The notes beneath the pieces are model-generated. The model was not told the DNA's origin. It ran no database searches and saw only the letters and a list, made by a program, of their open reading frames with translations. A stretch of 64,000 nucleotides of DNA from Callorhinchus milii (taxonomy: Eukaryota), in assembly GCF_018977255.1 (NCBI RefSeq), contig NW_024704742.1, positions 121,832,001 to 121,896,000 of the forward strand, read 5' to 3'. Numbering within the stretch: position 1 is the stretch's first letter; each line of letters starts with the position of its first letter. A program made the translations under genes and the position numbers. Positions 50,124 to 62,745 of the stretch are shown here, in pieces.

Positions 50124-50992
50124 TACTGACTTTAGCTGATATGCAATTTCATGGATTGTACTGTCATTGCTATAAGTCCTCTAATTTTGATACATCCACA
50201 ATGCACGTGACTGTTCTCTCTTCACTGATTTAGGAGTCTGCTCCCACTGAGCGACTTCTATACTCGTCAATAAATAAGGCATTAGCCACCTGCTCCAGCA
50301 GGCTGTTAATTCACTTGCAGGCTGTGAAAGGGTTTCCTTGCTGAAGCAATTCTTTTCTCCAGCTACTTTTCAGTATTTTAACTATCCTGTTCAGTTCACT
50401 GATGCAGAGTTTATTGAACAATGAAGGAACCCATTTTATATCACAAAAAACAAACAAGTGGCCACTATGTGGTTATCTTGAAATATCTGTGTCTTTGACA
50501 GATCACCACTTTATTTGCCAGAGACAATGCTGCTGTTGGTATACTGATGGAAGAATTCAAACTTTGTAAATTCAGAAGAAACATGCTGCACATGTGAGAG
50601 AGAGAGACAGAGAGCAAAAGGCACAGAGGAGTCATAGGTGGAGATAAACACTACAAACAGTCTCCATGCTATATCATTCTATGTTATTCTATGTAGCCAG
50701 TGATCCTTTCACGAAAGTGACATGCTTTTGCAGCACATTACAATATATCACAGGCATAAGCTGTGCATTCACAACCTTACATGGTTTTCCCATTTGTTGA
50801 TTTTCTTTATCTTTGCAATGTCTTAATACTTACATTGTGCAAGTGAATACTTATTTGCAAGGATTGAGGGGAAATCAGAGAGCAAATCATGTTGAGCTGT
50901 TTTGCTGCATCTCCTAAACAGCATAAGCTGAGAACAGATTGCCTAGCTTCCTTATAGTTTGGTGCTTGTGAACAGAAAAGGAATATGGTATA

Positions 50993-51085
50993 CTAGCTGT
51001 ACCCATTGCAGCTTCGCTTGCAAAGGATCCAATATGGAATGTAGATTGACAGACAGACACACAGACAGACATTTCAACTTTATAC
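50993..51085 (-). mobile_element. Short non-autonomous Helitron-like element
   Basis: Minus strand TATAAAGTTGAAATGTCTGTCTG..., hairpin TTGCAAGCGAAGCTGCAA, then TGGGTACAG CTAG|T. Confidence 0.5.
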
Positions 51086-51984
51086 TCATCTGGGAGGACT
51101 CCTGTTAGAGGACTCAGTGGGAGGACTTGGCTTTTGTTGTTGTTGCCATGGCTTAGCTTTGTCTGTGCTCTTTATTTTGTTCCTGCTGCTTGGCTATATC
51201 CGTGCTCTGTGAGGCACGATGCCACAGCGCCACTTTGACTGGGTGGCCACCAGGTGTAACTGCAGTGAAAAACGCAAAACTGAAAATAACTCATCAATGA
51301 TTGGAGATACACAAGAACAAATATGCCCATGTCACTCTCAGATGCAAGACCTTTCTGATGAAGTATACGTCATGTCTCTATGCCAATCAGTTAATGAGAT
51401 CCTTCTTGAAGTGCAGACAAACATTATTGTTTTATTAGTATCAAAGAAGATAGAAGAAGATAGATAACAGAATCATTCCTCTTTACACTGGAGACGGCTG
51501 GAGAGTTTGATTAGAAAAGACTTACATGGTCCACATTTTAACCCTTTGGTTTGGGAAACACAGTTGACCTTATTGTTTGAATAATATGCTTTGCTGTAAA
51601 TGGAGATGACTAGATTAAAAAATAATTAGCAAAAAGGAATCAACAAAGAGTTTAGAGTTTGTAAACTCTTGCATTTTTCTCATAAATCATGTAAAATGTC
51701 TAAAGTTGCATCTTAATGACAATCATTAATCCAAATAGTTCTATAATTCAAAACCATATGTAACAGAATATTCATGGTTGATTTATTACTACTGTATATA
51801 TGTATCTTGCTGAGTTCAAGCTATTATATCAGATTGCATTTCAAATAGATTTTATAGGATACATTTATAAAGCCTCTTCCAATTAAAAGAACATTTCAGA
51901 AAGCTTGACAATTAACACAGTGGACAGTGAGCAGCTAAATAAGATGTAACTAACGATAAAGTGAAAAAGAGATCTATACGGATG

Positions 51985-52148
51985 CTGGATCCATTCCAAT
52001 TTTCAAGACTGAGGTGGATAGATATTTGCTAGGTACGGGTATCAAGGGATATGGGCAAGGGCGGGTAATTGGAGTTGGGGTACAGATCAGCCATGATCTT
52101 ATAGAATGGTGGAACAGAATGGCATACTCCTGTTCCTATGTTCCTATA
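51985..52148 (+). mobile_element. CR1 3' end (different subfamily)
   Basis: [32 protein letters not shown](TTCCTATG)n tail. Confidence 0.8.
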
Positions 52149-52324
52149 CTTTTGGAGGTTTTGGAAGACAGGGAGAGAGGAAGAAAAGATAACTGGTTTT
52201 GGAAGAGGGTTTCAAAGGACAGTGGTATGGTGGATCAAGAGTCACCTACTGATTTTAGACCAAAGGGAGGGCGGAATGAGCAAGAAATCAGAATCACACT
52301 TATTAATCTCACAGATGCTTCCTC

Positions 52325-52900
52325 TTGCCCAGTGCGGTAGAGCTTTTGGTAAGAAGTTCTTATAACTGTTGATTTGTGGTCGATTGAGAGCTCATGGGTG
52401 CTCAACGATTCTTTCTTGTGTGGTATCCAGGGAAATTTAATCGATGATTTTGAGTTGATCGCAACTGACTTGTTTGATCAATCTTTCAGCAATCCATCTG
52501 AGTACTCTACAACAGTTGTATTGCTTTCACCTCACCAACAAATATTGAATTGGGTTTTGTTGACTGATTGCTATCCAATGTTAAAACCTTCGAGTTTGAT
52601 TGCATCTTGCTGTGAGATGTCTGCTATCCGGTGTGCAAGGTCTTATAGGAAATCTATCAACATCTTGCATTTGGAGTTGTGTGATGAATTACATTCTAAG
52701 TGTAATTTAAGTGGATTAAGAAGGTATTCATTTCTAACTCTCATAAAGGTCCCAATAGCCAGAGAAAATACCATGTTAATTGCATGGTAGAAACAATGTC
52801 AACTCTGTTAATAGATTAATTGAAGAAGTGTACAATGTCATCTATCTTTTGTATTGATCCCATCATATGGATTAAAAAAAGGTTTATTACAAAATTTTGA
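52325..52900 (-). mobile_element. Very old LINE 3' remnant (CR1-group?)
   Basis: Minus strand ends in a broken INSYKNxxLPKALxHW-like motif resembling FKNSFFPRTIxxWN. Confidence 0.3.
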
Positions 52901-54307
52901 CTGAATTTGAACATTTATTTGGAAGCTTACAAAGAGATTTATACGACTGTGTTGTAAAACAGCTTGTTAATGTATAAAAATGTAACCATGTCAATCCACT
53001 TTGCTATTTCACATAAGCATGTTAATTCAACAAAGGTTTCCTCATTCTTAGCAATAACATTTTTGCACATACGAGTAGATTTCCATAAAATCCATGACAA
53101 ATGCATTTTGATGTACATTTTGGAGCAGTTTTAAGAGCCTATGTTATTTTATAAATGCAATAATAAAAATATCTTAAATCTACTGAATATTATATGTTCC
53201 AGTCAGGTTTTGGATTTATCATTGGATTATTATCATCATTGGATTTATTTCAGGATTGAATGAATAACTTCTTATTGTTTCACACTTTCTTCAGGTTTTG
53301 TTTTAACCTATAAATTTGCATGAAAGCCACTGCATGAAATACTTACGAATTTGAAAAATAAACCGGGAACATGTGAGCTTAAGGGTGTATCGGAAATGTT
53401 TGTGACCTGATTTTCTTCCCAACTTTCACAGTTGTATGGTTACGAACTTTGCAATATTATGGGTTTGGAATCTGTGCTAGAATGTGGCTTAATTTCATTG
53501 CATAGCTTGAATTGAAAAAACTATGGGCATATCCATGAATCTTTGCTAATAACTGAATAGGTTACTCTGTAGAAAGTAAAAATATTTAACTTGCTTTGTT
53601 CAGATGCCTGAGGAATGGAACTTGCTAAATTGGGTTAATTGCATTTATCATCAAGTGTGATTCTGACTTGGCAGATAGCATACGATATAAAGTGCTAGCA
53701 ACATATTTGAGTGTGTCAGGAATTAACCGTGTTGAGGATTCAGTTTGAATTTGGTAATGAAAAGCCGGTTGAGATCTGTCCTGAGAGAGATGGGTTATTT
53801 AGTACATTCGCATCTTATTGGGAGGACACAATACACAACGGAAGATAGACAAAATTATTTTTTCTGCCCTGATTCAACATGACGCAGAGTGGGAAGTGTA
53901 AATTGGCTCCTTGGTCCAATTTGTTATACTGCTAGGAGCAAAGCATTCAATTTTTTCCTAAAGCCTAGCAGCGTGCAGGGAGAGAAATACCCATATTGGA
54001 TCCATCTGTCCAAAAAATACATTCATTCAGCAAAGAATTAGCACAATGCAAGCCCCTGTGGCCTGTTGATAAAATTGCTCCGCCATTTTAGCATTAAAAA
54101 AATCACCCCTTTTGTCTAAAAATTAATCTGTTGTTTGTAATGTTTTACATAAATATAGAGTGGATAAAAAGCAGCCTGCTCTGTGATTTCTATTATTTTT
54201 CCACATCTGAACTCCTGTACCTATGGTTTCCCGAAGTGTTGTGATTCTGTTTGTATGTTTTTAATCTCCAAAATATAATGCAACTCTCTACTCTCTATCC
54301 ACACCCT

Positions 54308-54507
54308 TGATAATAATCCCTCAAGAAAAAAAAACAATAAATTGGTCACTTCAATCCACGACTGTTTGTGGGACACTGCTGTGCGCAATTGGCATTTCGC
54401 CCCAAATATACAGTCAATTTCACTTTACAGTATATTATGTGAAGCACTTTGAGACGTCTAGAAGACGTGAAAAGCGCTATATCAAATGCAAGGATTATTA
54501 TTATTAG
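54308..54507 (+). mobile_element. Deu-type SINE 3' half
   Basis: Consensus match; TAGAA tail loop. Confidence 0.85.
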
Positions 54508-55629
54508 TATTACTTAATAGTGAGGTCAACTTTTTGTTTCTTAAATCTGGTTCAGCCAGAGTACTTTGGGACTACAAATGAGGTTTGGAAGAACTGAGGG
54601 ACCGAGGTTGCATGCTGATATCAAATATGCATATATCAGGAGCAACTGATCCTAATTTTTGGCAGCTTTAAAGCAATTATTTTGCCACAAGAGATACCTT
54701 ATCAGTGAGAGTATGTATTCAACAATTAAATGTTCTGGGAATTTACTTTTGTTACATAAATATTATTTGTGGAAATTGGCAAGATGGCACATTTTTAGAA
54801 AGATTTTCATTTGGCGAACGCAATTCTAGCTGGATCTTCCTCAGAGCTGTGCCTCAAGATTTTCCTTTGTGCAATAATGCATGGGTGGCAGCTTTGCTTG
54901 CTTAAACAGGAAATGGTAAATGACCTCGTTAATGTCAGTCAAGCTGTCCTTTTAAATTACCTGAAAATCTAGGTAATATTCTACACAATATATTCTGAAT
55001 CAGCAATCCTTGTCCTGCAAGATCATATATTATCACTCCTAGGATTGATTCTCTTTTTTGCTGCAAAACAATTTCACTGCTGTAAACCTTTTTTTGAAAA
55101 AGTTTGCATCATGGGGAATTTGTTATCCAGGAATATTAATCTCTGGATCTGACTCCCTGTTACACTGTTCCTGAAATACTGCACAAATAAATGTATGCTG
55201 TATATGCATATTTTTCTCCAGCAGAATTGCTCTAATATTTCCATTTTGAGCTAGTTATTCTCTTTACTATAGAGGTAATGGAGGTGAAAATTGCAATGTG
55301 TGATGTGATAAGATAATATAATGCTTGCATTTGATATAGTGCTTTTCACGTCTTCTAGAATATTGCACATTGTAATTTAAAAAAATGCTGAAGCGAAACT
55401 TAACTTATAAAAATTTGAACAAAGCTTCAAAAATGACTACATACTATCTATGTTGAATCACAGTTTGATATTATTCCGGGTTATAACATTTGTGTTTCTA
55501 GGAGCAGTAATGATGTTTTCTGTCCACCAGAATTATTGTAAACATTTCTTAAAAAGATTAAAAAAGTAAAGCCAGATCGATATTTTTGGATACACCATGA
55601 CAGTGGAATAAAAGGATATAGGTTTAGAA

Positions 55630-56003
55630 CTCCTCTGAGGTACCTACCATCTAGACAATAGACTGCGTCTTTATTTTTCCTGCCAAAGTGAATTACTTTG
55701 CATTTTCCTACATTATCCTTCTTTTGCCATCTTTCTGCTCATTCTGCTAGCATGTTTATGTCTTCCTGCAATCGCCTTCACTGTTTACCATGCCCCCCAG
55801 TTTGGCTTCACCTGCAAATTTTGACACCTCACTTCCTATACCTGATTCTAAATCATACATGTATATACATATGGTGAAAACTTCCTACTCATGCCAGCCT
55901 GAGAAGATGCTCTTAACTCCTAGCCTTTGTTTTTGGTTTCCCAACCATTCTTTAATCCATTCTGCTATCTTTCCCATGATTTCACATGCCCCTATTTTAT
56001 GCA
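55630..56003 (-). mobile_element. Degenerate CR1 RT fragment
   Basis: Minus strand KIAEWIKEWLGNQKQR, SKFAGEAKLGG, HFGRKNK. Confidence 0.7.
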
Positions 56004-56009
56004 TGTTAC

Positions 56010-56635
56010 TAATAAAAGAATGCTTAAAGTAGGGATAAGACCATTAAGGGAAGAAAAGTAAGCTCACAGCAGATAATAAGGAAATGGTGAAAATACCAAA
56101 TTAATAATTTGCCTCAGTTTTCATAAAGGAAACTAATAAGGAAGATTTAATAAGAACGGAAGAGGCAGGATGTAAAATCACAATAGTTAAGATAGTGAGT
56201 AGGGAAGTGTTGTATTAAATACATTACGCAAAGTTAAAGAGGACAAGCTACCCGATTTGGATGGACTGTAATAATAATAATAATAATCCTTGCATTTGAT
56301 ATAGCGCTTTTCACGTCGGGAGGACGTCCCAAAGCGCTTCACAGAACACACTGTAAAGTGAATTGACTGTATATTTGTGGGCAAACGCGGCAGCCAATTG
56401 CGCACAGCAATGTGCCACAAACAGTCGTAGATTGAAAAAGACCAATTTTTATTATTGTTTTTGGTTTTGGAGGGATTATTATTAGGCGTGTGGAGTAAGG
56501 AAACTTGCCCAAGGTTTCGCCCTGACTGGAATTGAACTCAGGTCTCTCGCTTGCAAAGCGAGTGCTCTAACCACTGAGCTACAGGACTGTACCCAAGGAT
56601 CCTCAGGGAAACGAAGGAGGTGATAGCTGAGGCTA
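56010..56635 (+). mobile_element. Degenerate CR1 ORF2 fragment interrupted by a SINE
   Basis: DNKEMV..FASVF; DKLPDLDGLY|PRILRETKEVIAEA rejoins across the SINE. Confidence 0.75.
56271..56588 (-). mobile_element. Young Deu-type SINE, full length, TSD GGACTGTA
   Basis: GGACTGTA at 56263-56270 and 56584-56591. Confidence 0.94.
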
Positions 56636-57542
56636 CAGTGTACCACAGCTGGACCAAACACAATGACTGCAATAACCCATTCCCTTGGGTGGGTTTCAAT
56701 GGAGGTGATGCAACTGAAACAATGTTACATGAAGCAGTTCCATTTACTTTAAGGGCACTTTGTACTGGGCTGGGAGCTTATTGAGACTGCCTGAGGCTTG
56801 TGAAAGCACAGGAGAGAAGAAGATAGGTGCCAGTGATCCTCAAGGGTATTTGGTCAAAAATGGTTAGAGTCTATTAAAAATTACATAGTTAACATTGAAC
56901 AGAAATTGCTCCCACTAGACATTCTTTCTACTCTAGGTGTAATTGGGCTAATGCAGTGAGACAAACATTATAAGTACTATAATTGAATTTTGGTAAATGT
57001 GGAATTAATCTGCAAAGAAGCTATTTTATATTTGGATCAGGATAGATTTACTCAGTTCGTTGAAATGATTAGTTCAGGAGTACATAGATGAACAAAGACC
57101 AGGGAAATAAAACAACTCTATAATGTCAAGTAAGCTGATTATATTCTGCATTATTGAGCATTATAACCAGGATAAATGGCAAACGTTTGGAGGTGGTTTA
57201 TGCCTGAATGAGAAAATCTGTACAGTAAGTGTAAATGGTGAGTGATTTGCTACTTTCGGCATTTTAGTGCTTGCTTTAGGTAGCACTTATCTGAAGACAA
57301 TTGCATTATATGTTTAATATCTTTGCATCATTAATGGTGGTGCTTCTGGCAATTATAATTAGCAAGCTAATTCCTCAGTGTGTATTACTAATATAAATAG
57401 GGTTAATGATAAGCAGTGAGGTTGGCTGCACATAGATCTCTAACACATTTTATCTAGTGCCTTTCATGTCGGGTGGATTATATAGCCTGATGAAGGACAG
57501 GACAAAAGTTGTGTGTTCTGGATGGTCGTAGCTTGGGTAGGG

Positions 57543-57588
57543 AGGAGCTGGGGAGTCTGGCGAGCAGGAGCTGGGGAGTCTGGCGAGC
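57543..57588 (+). repeat. Perfect 23-bp tandem duplication
   Basis: AGGAGCTGGGGAGTCTGGCGAGC x2. Confidence 0.9.
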
Positions 57589-58504
57589 AGGACTTTCGAA
57601 TGTTCACGCCACTTCAAGCAATTTCATTTACTTTATTCGGTCACTCTCATCACATTGTTGTTGACGGAGCAGATTAGTTGCCATATTTGCACATATAACA
57701 ATATTCAGTCAATTTCTTATCAATTACCTTTTGTAAAGCACTTGAGACTTTGCTTTAAACTTATAAGGTGCTATATAAATGCAAGTTACTGTTTAGTTCT
57801 ATGGTCACATTTAAATTCAGTCACCTGCCTATTGTCCTCATCGCTTTGTATTGAACCTCTTGTGAACATTCTCCTTGGTAGACCTGTACCTTGTGTTTGA
57901 GGTCAGCTGCAATAGTATAACCTCCTCACATACCTCCATCCTGACCTCCTTGTGCTTTGCAAATGCAAAGCATCTTGTGCTTTCCCAGTCCTTTAATCGA
58001 CAAGCTCATATTTCTAACAGTTCTGCTGTAGCTATAATTGTATGGTTATTTACAAAGGGTGATTGTAAGGATGATATACTGTTCTTGATAATTAGGTTCC
58101 TTAAATTCCTATTGGTAAAAGAATAATGAAGCTGAACACATCGCAGGAATGGTTTAAGAATAACCCCACACATAAAATCATCGCAAGTGTCTGTGCCTGA
58201 CAGTCACAAACAGACCATAATGTATTAACGCTACGAGTTTTTAGGCAATCTGTTGTAGATGTGGTCGGACTTTATTTTGGAAAATGTTATATTTAACCTC
58301 ATCAAGTAATCTGCATGCTGCAGCATCAGTAATATTGAAAGGAATAGATGATGGGGTGAAGCATTGGGGTTGTGCACACACGTGTGTGTGGGTCTGTGTA
58401 AAACTGCAAACAGATAATTTATTGCTACAATCAATCAACAAGGTAAAGTAATGCAGCAGTTCATATCAGATGCAAACCAAGCTACAGTATTTTGACTTGA
58501 TTAT

Positions 58505-58812
58505 AACAATAATAATAATCCTTGCATTTGATATAGCGCTTTTCACGTCAGGAGGACGTCCCAAAGCGCTTCACAGAACATACTGTAAAGTGAATTGACT
58601 GTATATTTGTGGGCGAACGCGGCAGCCAATTGCGCACAGCAATGTCCCACAAACAGTCGTAGATTGAAAATGATTCATTTATTATTGTTTATGGTTTTGG
58701 AGGGATTATTATTAGGTGTGTGGAGTAAGGAAACTTGCCCAAGGTTTCGCCCTGCCTGGAATTGAACTCAGGTCTCTCACTTGTAAAGCGAGTGCTCTAA
58801 CCACTGGACTCC
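58505..58812 (-). mobile_element. Young Deu-type SINE
   Basis: Consensus match; small deletion in the A box. Confidence 0.9.
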
Positions 58813-59547
58813 ACAAGGGAGCTAGGAACATCCTTTCTTATTTAGAATTCTTAAAAGAAACCATTGATTACTATATTCAGTCAATATTCAGAAACGTTAC
58901 TATAGCCCTACAGAACTGCCAGCAACATGAGCCCTTCCTGAATCTCTAACTTACATACTGATTTTTAATGACTTAAGTTAAGGTTAAGTTAATGAATATT
59001 GCAGTTGACCTGTAAAATTTAGGTTGTGAGTCTGGTAACATTTATGGTAAGCCATTTTAATTCTCGTACTGGGAATGAGATGTTGCTGACGGTGCCTGAT
59101 GGCTGGCACATGTTTAAATCTTCCCCTATTTCTGAAGTAACAGTCCCAGGAGTCCCAATAGACCCAGACAAGAATAGGCTATTGGTTCATCTCACCTGTC
59201 AACGTCCTGTCACTCTGATCACTGGTTAACCCTGAACATAGGAGCCTGTTTGGGGTCTTTCTAATTCCTTTGTTCATCACTTGGGTTGGTACAGTCATTT
59301 GTTCCGCATGCTTATAACCCTTTTACATAACTCATTCTCCTGCACTTCCTAATCAAAGTGTTTTTTGACAGGGAGTCGACTTTCGAGGGGAAACCAGCCT
59401 TCAAGGTAGTTTAATGACTAACTCAGGTCAAGAGTGCTCTAAGTGCTCACTTGGATATTTTATATATTTAATTTACTGCTCCCAAGGAGTTAAAAGATCA
59501 CTTTGGGTGGTAGGTGATTTCATATAAGTGCGACTGGAGATCAATCC

Positions 59548-59860
59548 AGTCCCTGTAGCTCAGTGGTTAGAGCACTCGCCTTGCAAGCGAAAGACCTGAG
59601 TTTGATTCCAGGCAGGGTGAAACCTTGGGCAAGTTTCCTTACTCCATACACCCAATAATAATCCCTCCAAAACAAAAACAATAATAAATTGGTCATTTTC
59701 AATCCACGACTGTTTGTGGGACACTGCTGTGCGCAATTGGCTGCCGCGTTTTGCCCACAAATATACAGTCAATTTACTTTACAGTCTATTCTGTGAAGCG
59801 CTTTGAGACGTCTAGAAGATGTGAAAAGCGCTATATCAAATGCAAGGATTATTATTATTA
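59548..59860 (+). mobile_element. Deu-type SINE, full length
   Basis: Consensus match; TAGAA tail loop. Confidence 0.9.
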
Positions 59861-60637
59861 TAATCCATTCCTTTCCGCCTGTATCATTACCGTGTTTGGT
59901 AACCAAATTTAACACTTTTTAAAATATGGAATTGAAGATGCATGATTTTCTGCTCTAAAATTTATCTGTTTTTTATTGTGCAAGAATGAATCCCATCTCT
60001 GGCAAAATGTGCCCCACATCTCTTATATGACAGCCTTCACCTCTCTAGATACAATCAGTGAAACTCCTTACTCCCATCCTTGCTGTATCTCTCCACTTAA
60101 ATCCTGAGGGTAACCAATCACCTCATTAATGTATAAATTTAAATGACATTAACCAGCTGCAATAAGCAAAATGACCTTCATACAGAATTAAAATGACATT
60201 TAAAATCTTTCACTCCTTGGCTAGATTTATGGCATTTAATTATGCACTTTATTAATGAGAGTGTTGTTCATTTTAGGGTAGCTGCTTCTTGTTTTATGAT
60301 ATTTGAAAATCTAGGTTAAACACCGTCTTTAGTTAGCAAAAACAATCTTCTAAAGATATGCTATCTTTTATACTTAGATCTCATCTCTGAATTTTGCAAA
60401 ATTTGCTGTGTTGATCTTCATTACCAATGTCCTCGGAGAGTAGTGAATATTGCTGTAGAAAATTCCTCGAAGACTACTTAGCATATATAGATGGGCGGAA
60501 GAAATGGACAATATATCAGTAATGGGTATGAGCTGTGAATAATGACTAGATAAATCAGGGCTCTTAAAAAGAGACCACTTAGAGAAGACCTTAAAAAAGA
60601 TGAAAAGAGATATGTCAGTGAAGACCTCAAAGATGTC

Positions 60638-61035
60638 AGCCTGGTTCAGTTGGTAGCAATACAGCCTCCTGAGGCAGAAGATTGTGAATTCAAGCCCCAT
60701 GTTGGGACTTTTAACTCACAGGCAAGACTAACACTCCAATGCAGTGCTAGGGTGTGCTGCATTGGCGGAGGTGCCGTCTTTCGGTTGAGATGTTACACTG
60801 AGGTCTGTCTGTTCAGGTGGATGTTACAGATTTCATGGCACATTTTGAAAAGAGAAAGGAGTATTTTCCAGTATTCTGGACAACAATCCCCAAAAATACA
60901 AAAAACTCCATGGCTGTTTGTGGGACATTGATGGACTCAAAATGGCTGCACGTTCACCTATACTTCACAGTACAATATTTGAGCCATCTCGAAGACTTGA
61001 AAGGTCTTACTGAATGCAAGGAATATTATTATTAC
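60638..61035 (+). mobile_element. Older tRNA-Deu SINE
   Basis: GCCTGGTTCAGTTGGTAGC..TTCAAGCCCCATG..GCTGCATTGGCGGAGGTGCCGTCTTTCGG. Confidence 0.78.
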
Positions 61036-61286
61036 AGTATTAGACTTATGTAAGTAACTAAATGGGGCAGAGAAATAATTCCCATATGTAAGTTTCAGTT
61101 TGGACTTGTATGCTCAGAATTTTAAAACCATAAGAATCAAAACACAGATATAGATATAGTATAATTATGTGTGTATATATATAATTGATTATATTATATT
61201 ACATACCCTACAAAAACACCTTAATAGACTTTTCAAAAAATTAAACTTCACTGAAATAGATTTCATCTATTTTGATTTCAACTTAA

Positions 61287-62070
61287 CAATAATAATAAAT
61301 AATAATCCTTGCATTTGATATAGTGCCATATCATGTCGTTGATATGGCACTCCACTGGCTTCCATCACACAGAGGATACAGTTCAAGATCCTGATCCTCA
61401 CCTTCAAAGCCCTCCATGGTCTTGCTCCCGTCTACCTCCGCGACCTCCTAATCTTACCATCCTATTCGCTTCCTCCACTCAGCAGCCTGCTTAATGTCCC
61501 CCGCCTCGCTCTCCCCACTATTGGTGGGCGGGCCTTCTGCCACTCCGATCCCACCCTCTGGAACTCCATCCTGCAGTCCCTCTGCCTCACCCCCTCCCTT
61601 GCCTCCTTCAAGACCTATCTCAAGACCCTCCTCTTTAACCGTGCTTTCAATCACTCTGCTTCCCCCGGCCCGCCACCTTCTCCAATCCCACCCCCCAGCT
61701 CGGGTCTGAAACACTGACTGTCCAGCGCCTGGGATGTCTTCCCGATGTGAAAGGTGCTATACAATTGTAATTTTGTTGTTGTTGAGATGTCTCAAAGCAC
61801 TTCACAGGATATACTGTAAAGTATAGTGACCGTGCATTTTGTGGGTGAAACGAGGCAGCCAATTGTGCCCAATTATTATTTTTTTGAAGGGATTTTTACC
61901 CCTGGGGAAGCGATCCTCCAATCGACTAACAAGTAGGTTCCTGCTTACTGTTAGGTCAGCAGAGTCGTATGGAGTAAGGAAACTTGCCTAAGGTTTTGCC
62001 CTGCCAGGAATTGAACCCAGGTCCTCTCATTTGCGAGGCGAGTGCTCTAACTACTAAACTGCAGGACTCC
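61287..62070 (-). mobile_element. Long-form SINE split by an opposite-strand L2
   Basis: SINE breaks at GTTGA (61338-61342) and resumes after GTTGA (61781-61785). Confidence 0.85.
61343..61783 (+). mobile_element. L2 3' fragment nested in the SINE
   Basis: LHWLP..RIQFKILILTFKALHGLAPVYL reading; (TTG)n tail. Confidence 0.85.
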
Positions 62071-62624
62071 ACACTCATAGTGGAGACTGAAAAAAAAGTG
62101 CATCTGTTTGTTTAGTCACAACACTGATCTCTACTTTTGGCCCTTAATTTGTGAATTTGCTGGTGAAGCCAGCAGATTTTCAACCATGTCCATATTTTCT
62201 ATCTACTTCATTATAAATAGATTCAAATAAATACATTCACTGGGACACTGGAACCTTTCCCAGTTTACACAGGCAGATAATTCTGGAGCACACACACAGG
62301 AACATTGGCATTTTTTTGGAGCCATGAATTAAATTGTTATGGCACACGCAGACTCCTAAAGCTTCACTGGCAACCTACTTACAGCTCAGTCCCAACATTT
62401 ATCGCACAGAATTTTGGATAATCCTTAATTTGGAGGCTGGTTTTCTGCAGTTCACAGAGTCGTGAATTTTAACTAATTTTAAGAATTTTCCAAAATTTGG
62501 CACAGTCTTAAAACAAAGAACTTAATGAAGGCTTGTGGAATAGGAAATTTGGGCCCCTTGAGTCCTAACATCATATGGTATTGCAAACTTTCATAATACA
62601 TTGGAAAAATTAAAAATACATTTA

Positions 62625-62745
62625 TTTTGATATTTTCGCCCACAAAATATGGTCAATTCACTTTACAGTATATTCTGTGAAGCCCTTTGAGATGTTTCGA
62701 AGACGTGATAAGGCACTATATCAAATGGAAGGATTATTATTATTA
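62625..62745 (+). mobile_element. Deu-type SINE 3' fragment
   Basis: Consensus tail with (ATT)n. Confidence 0.8.

Noticed and set aside
52374..52790. 138-aa plus-strand ORF
   Set aside because: Non-ATG start, no recognisable domain, probably antisense to an old LINE remnant
57485..57515. Second hammerhead-like core CTGATGAAGGACAGGACAAAAG
   Set aside because: No stem II, no GAAA and no PLE context
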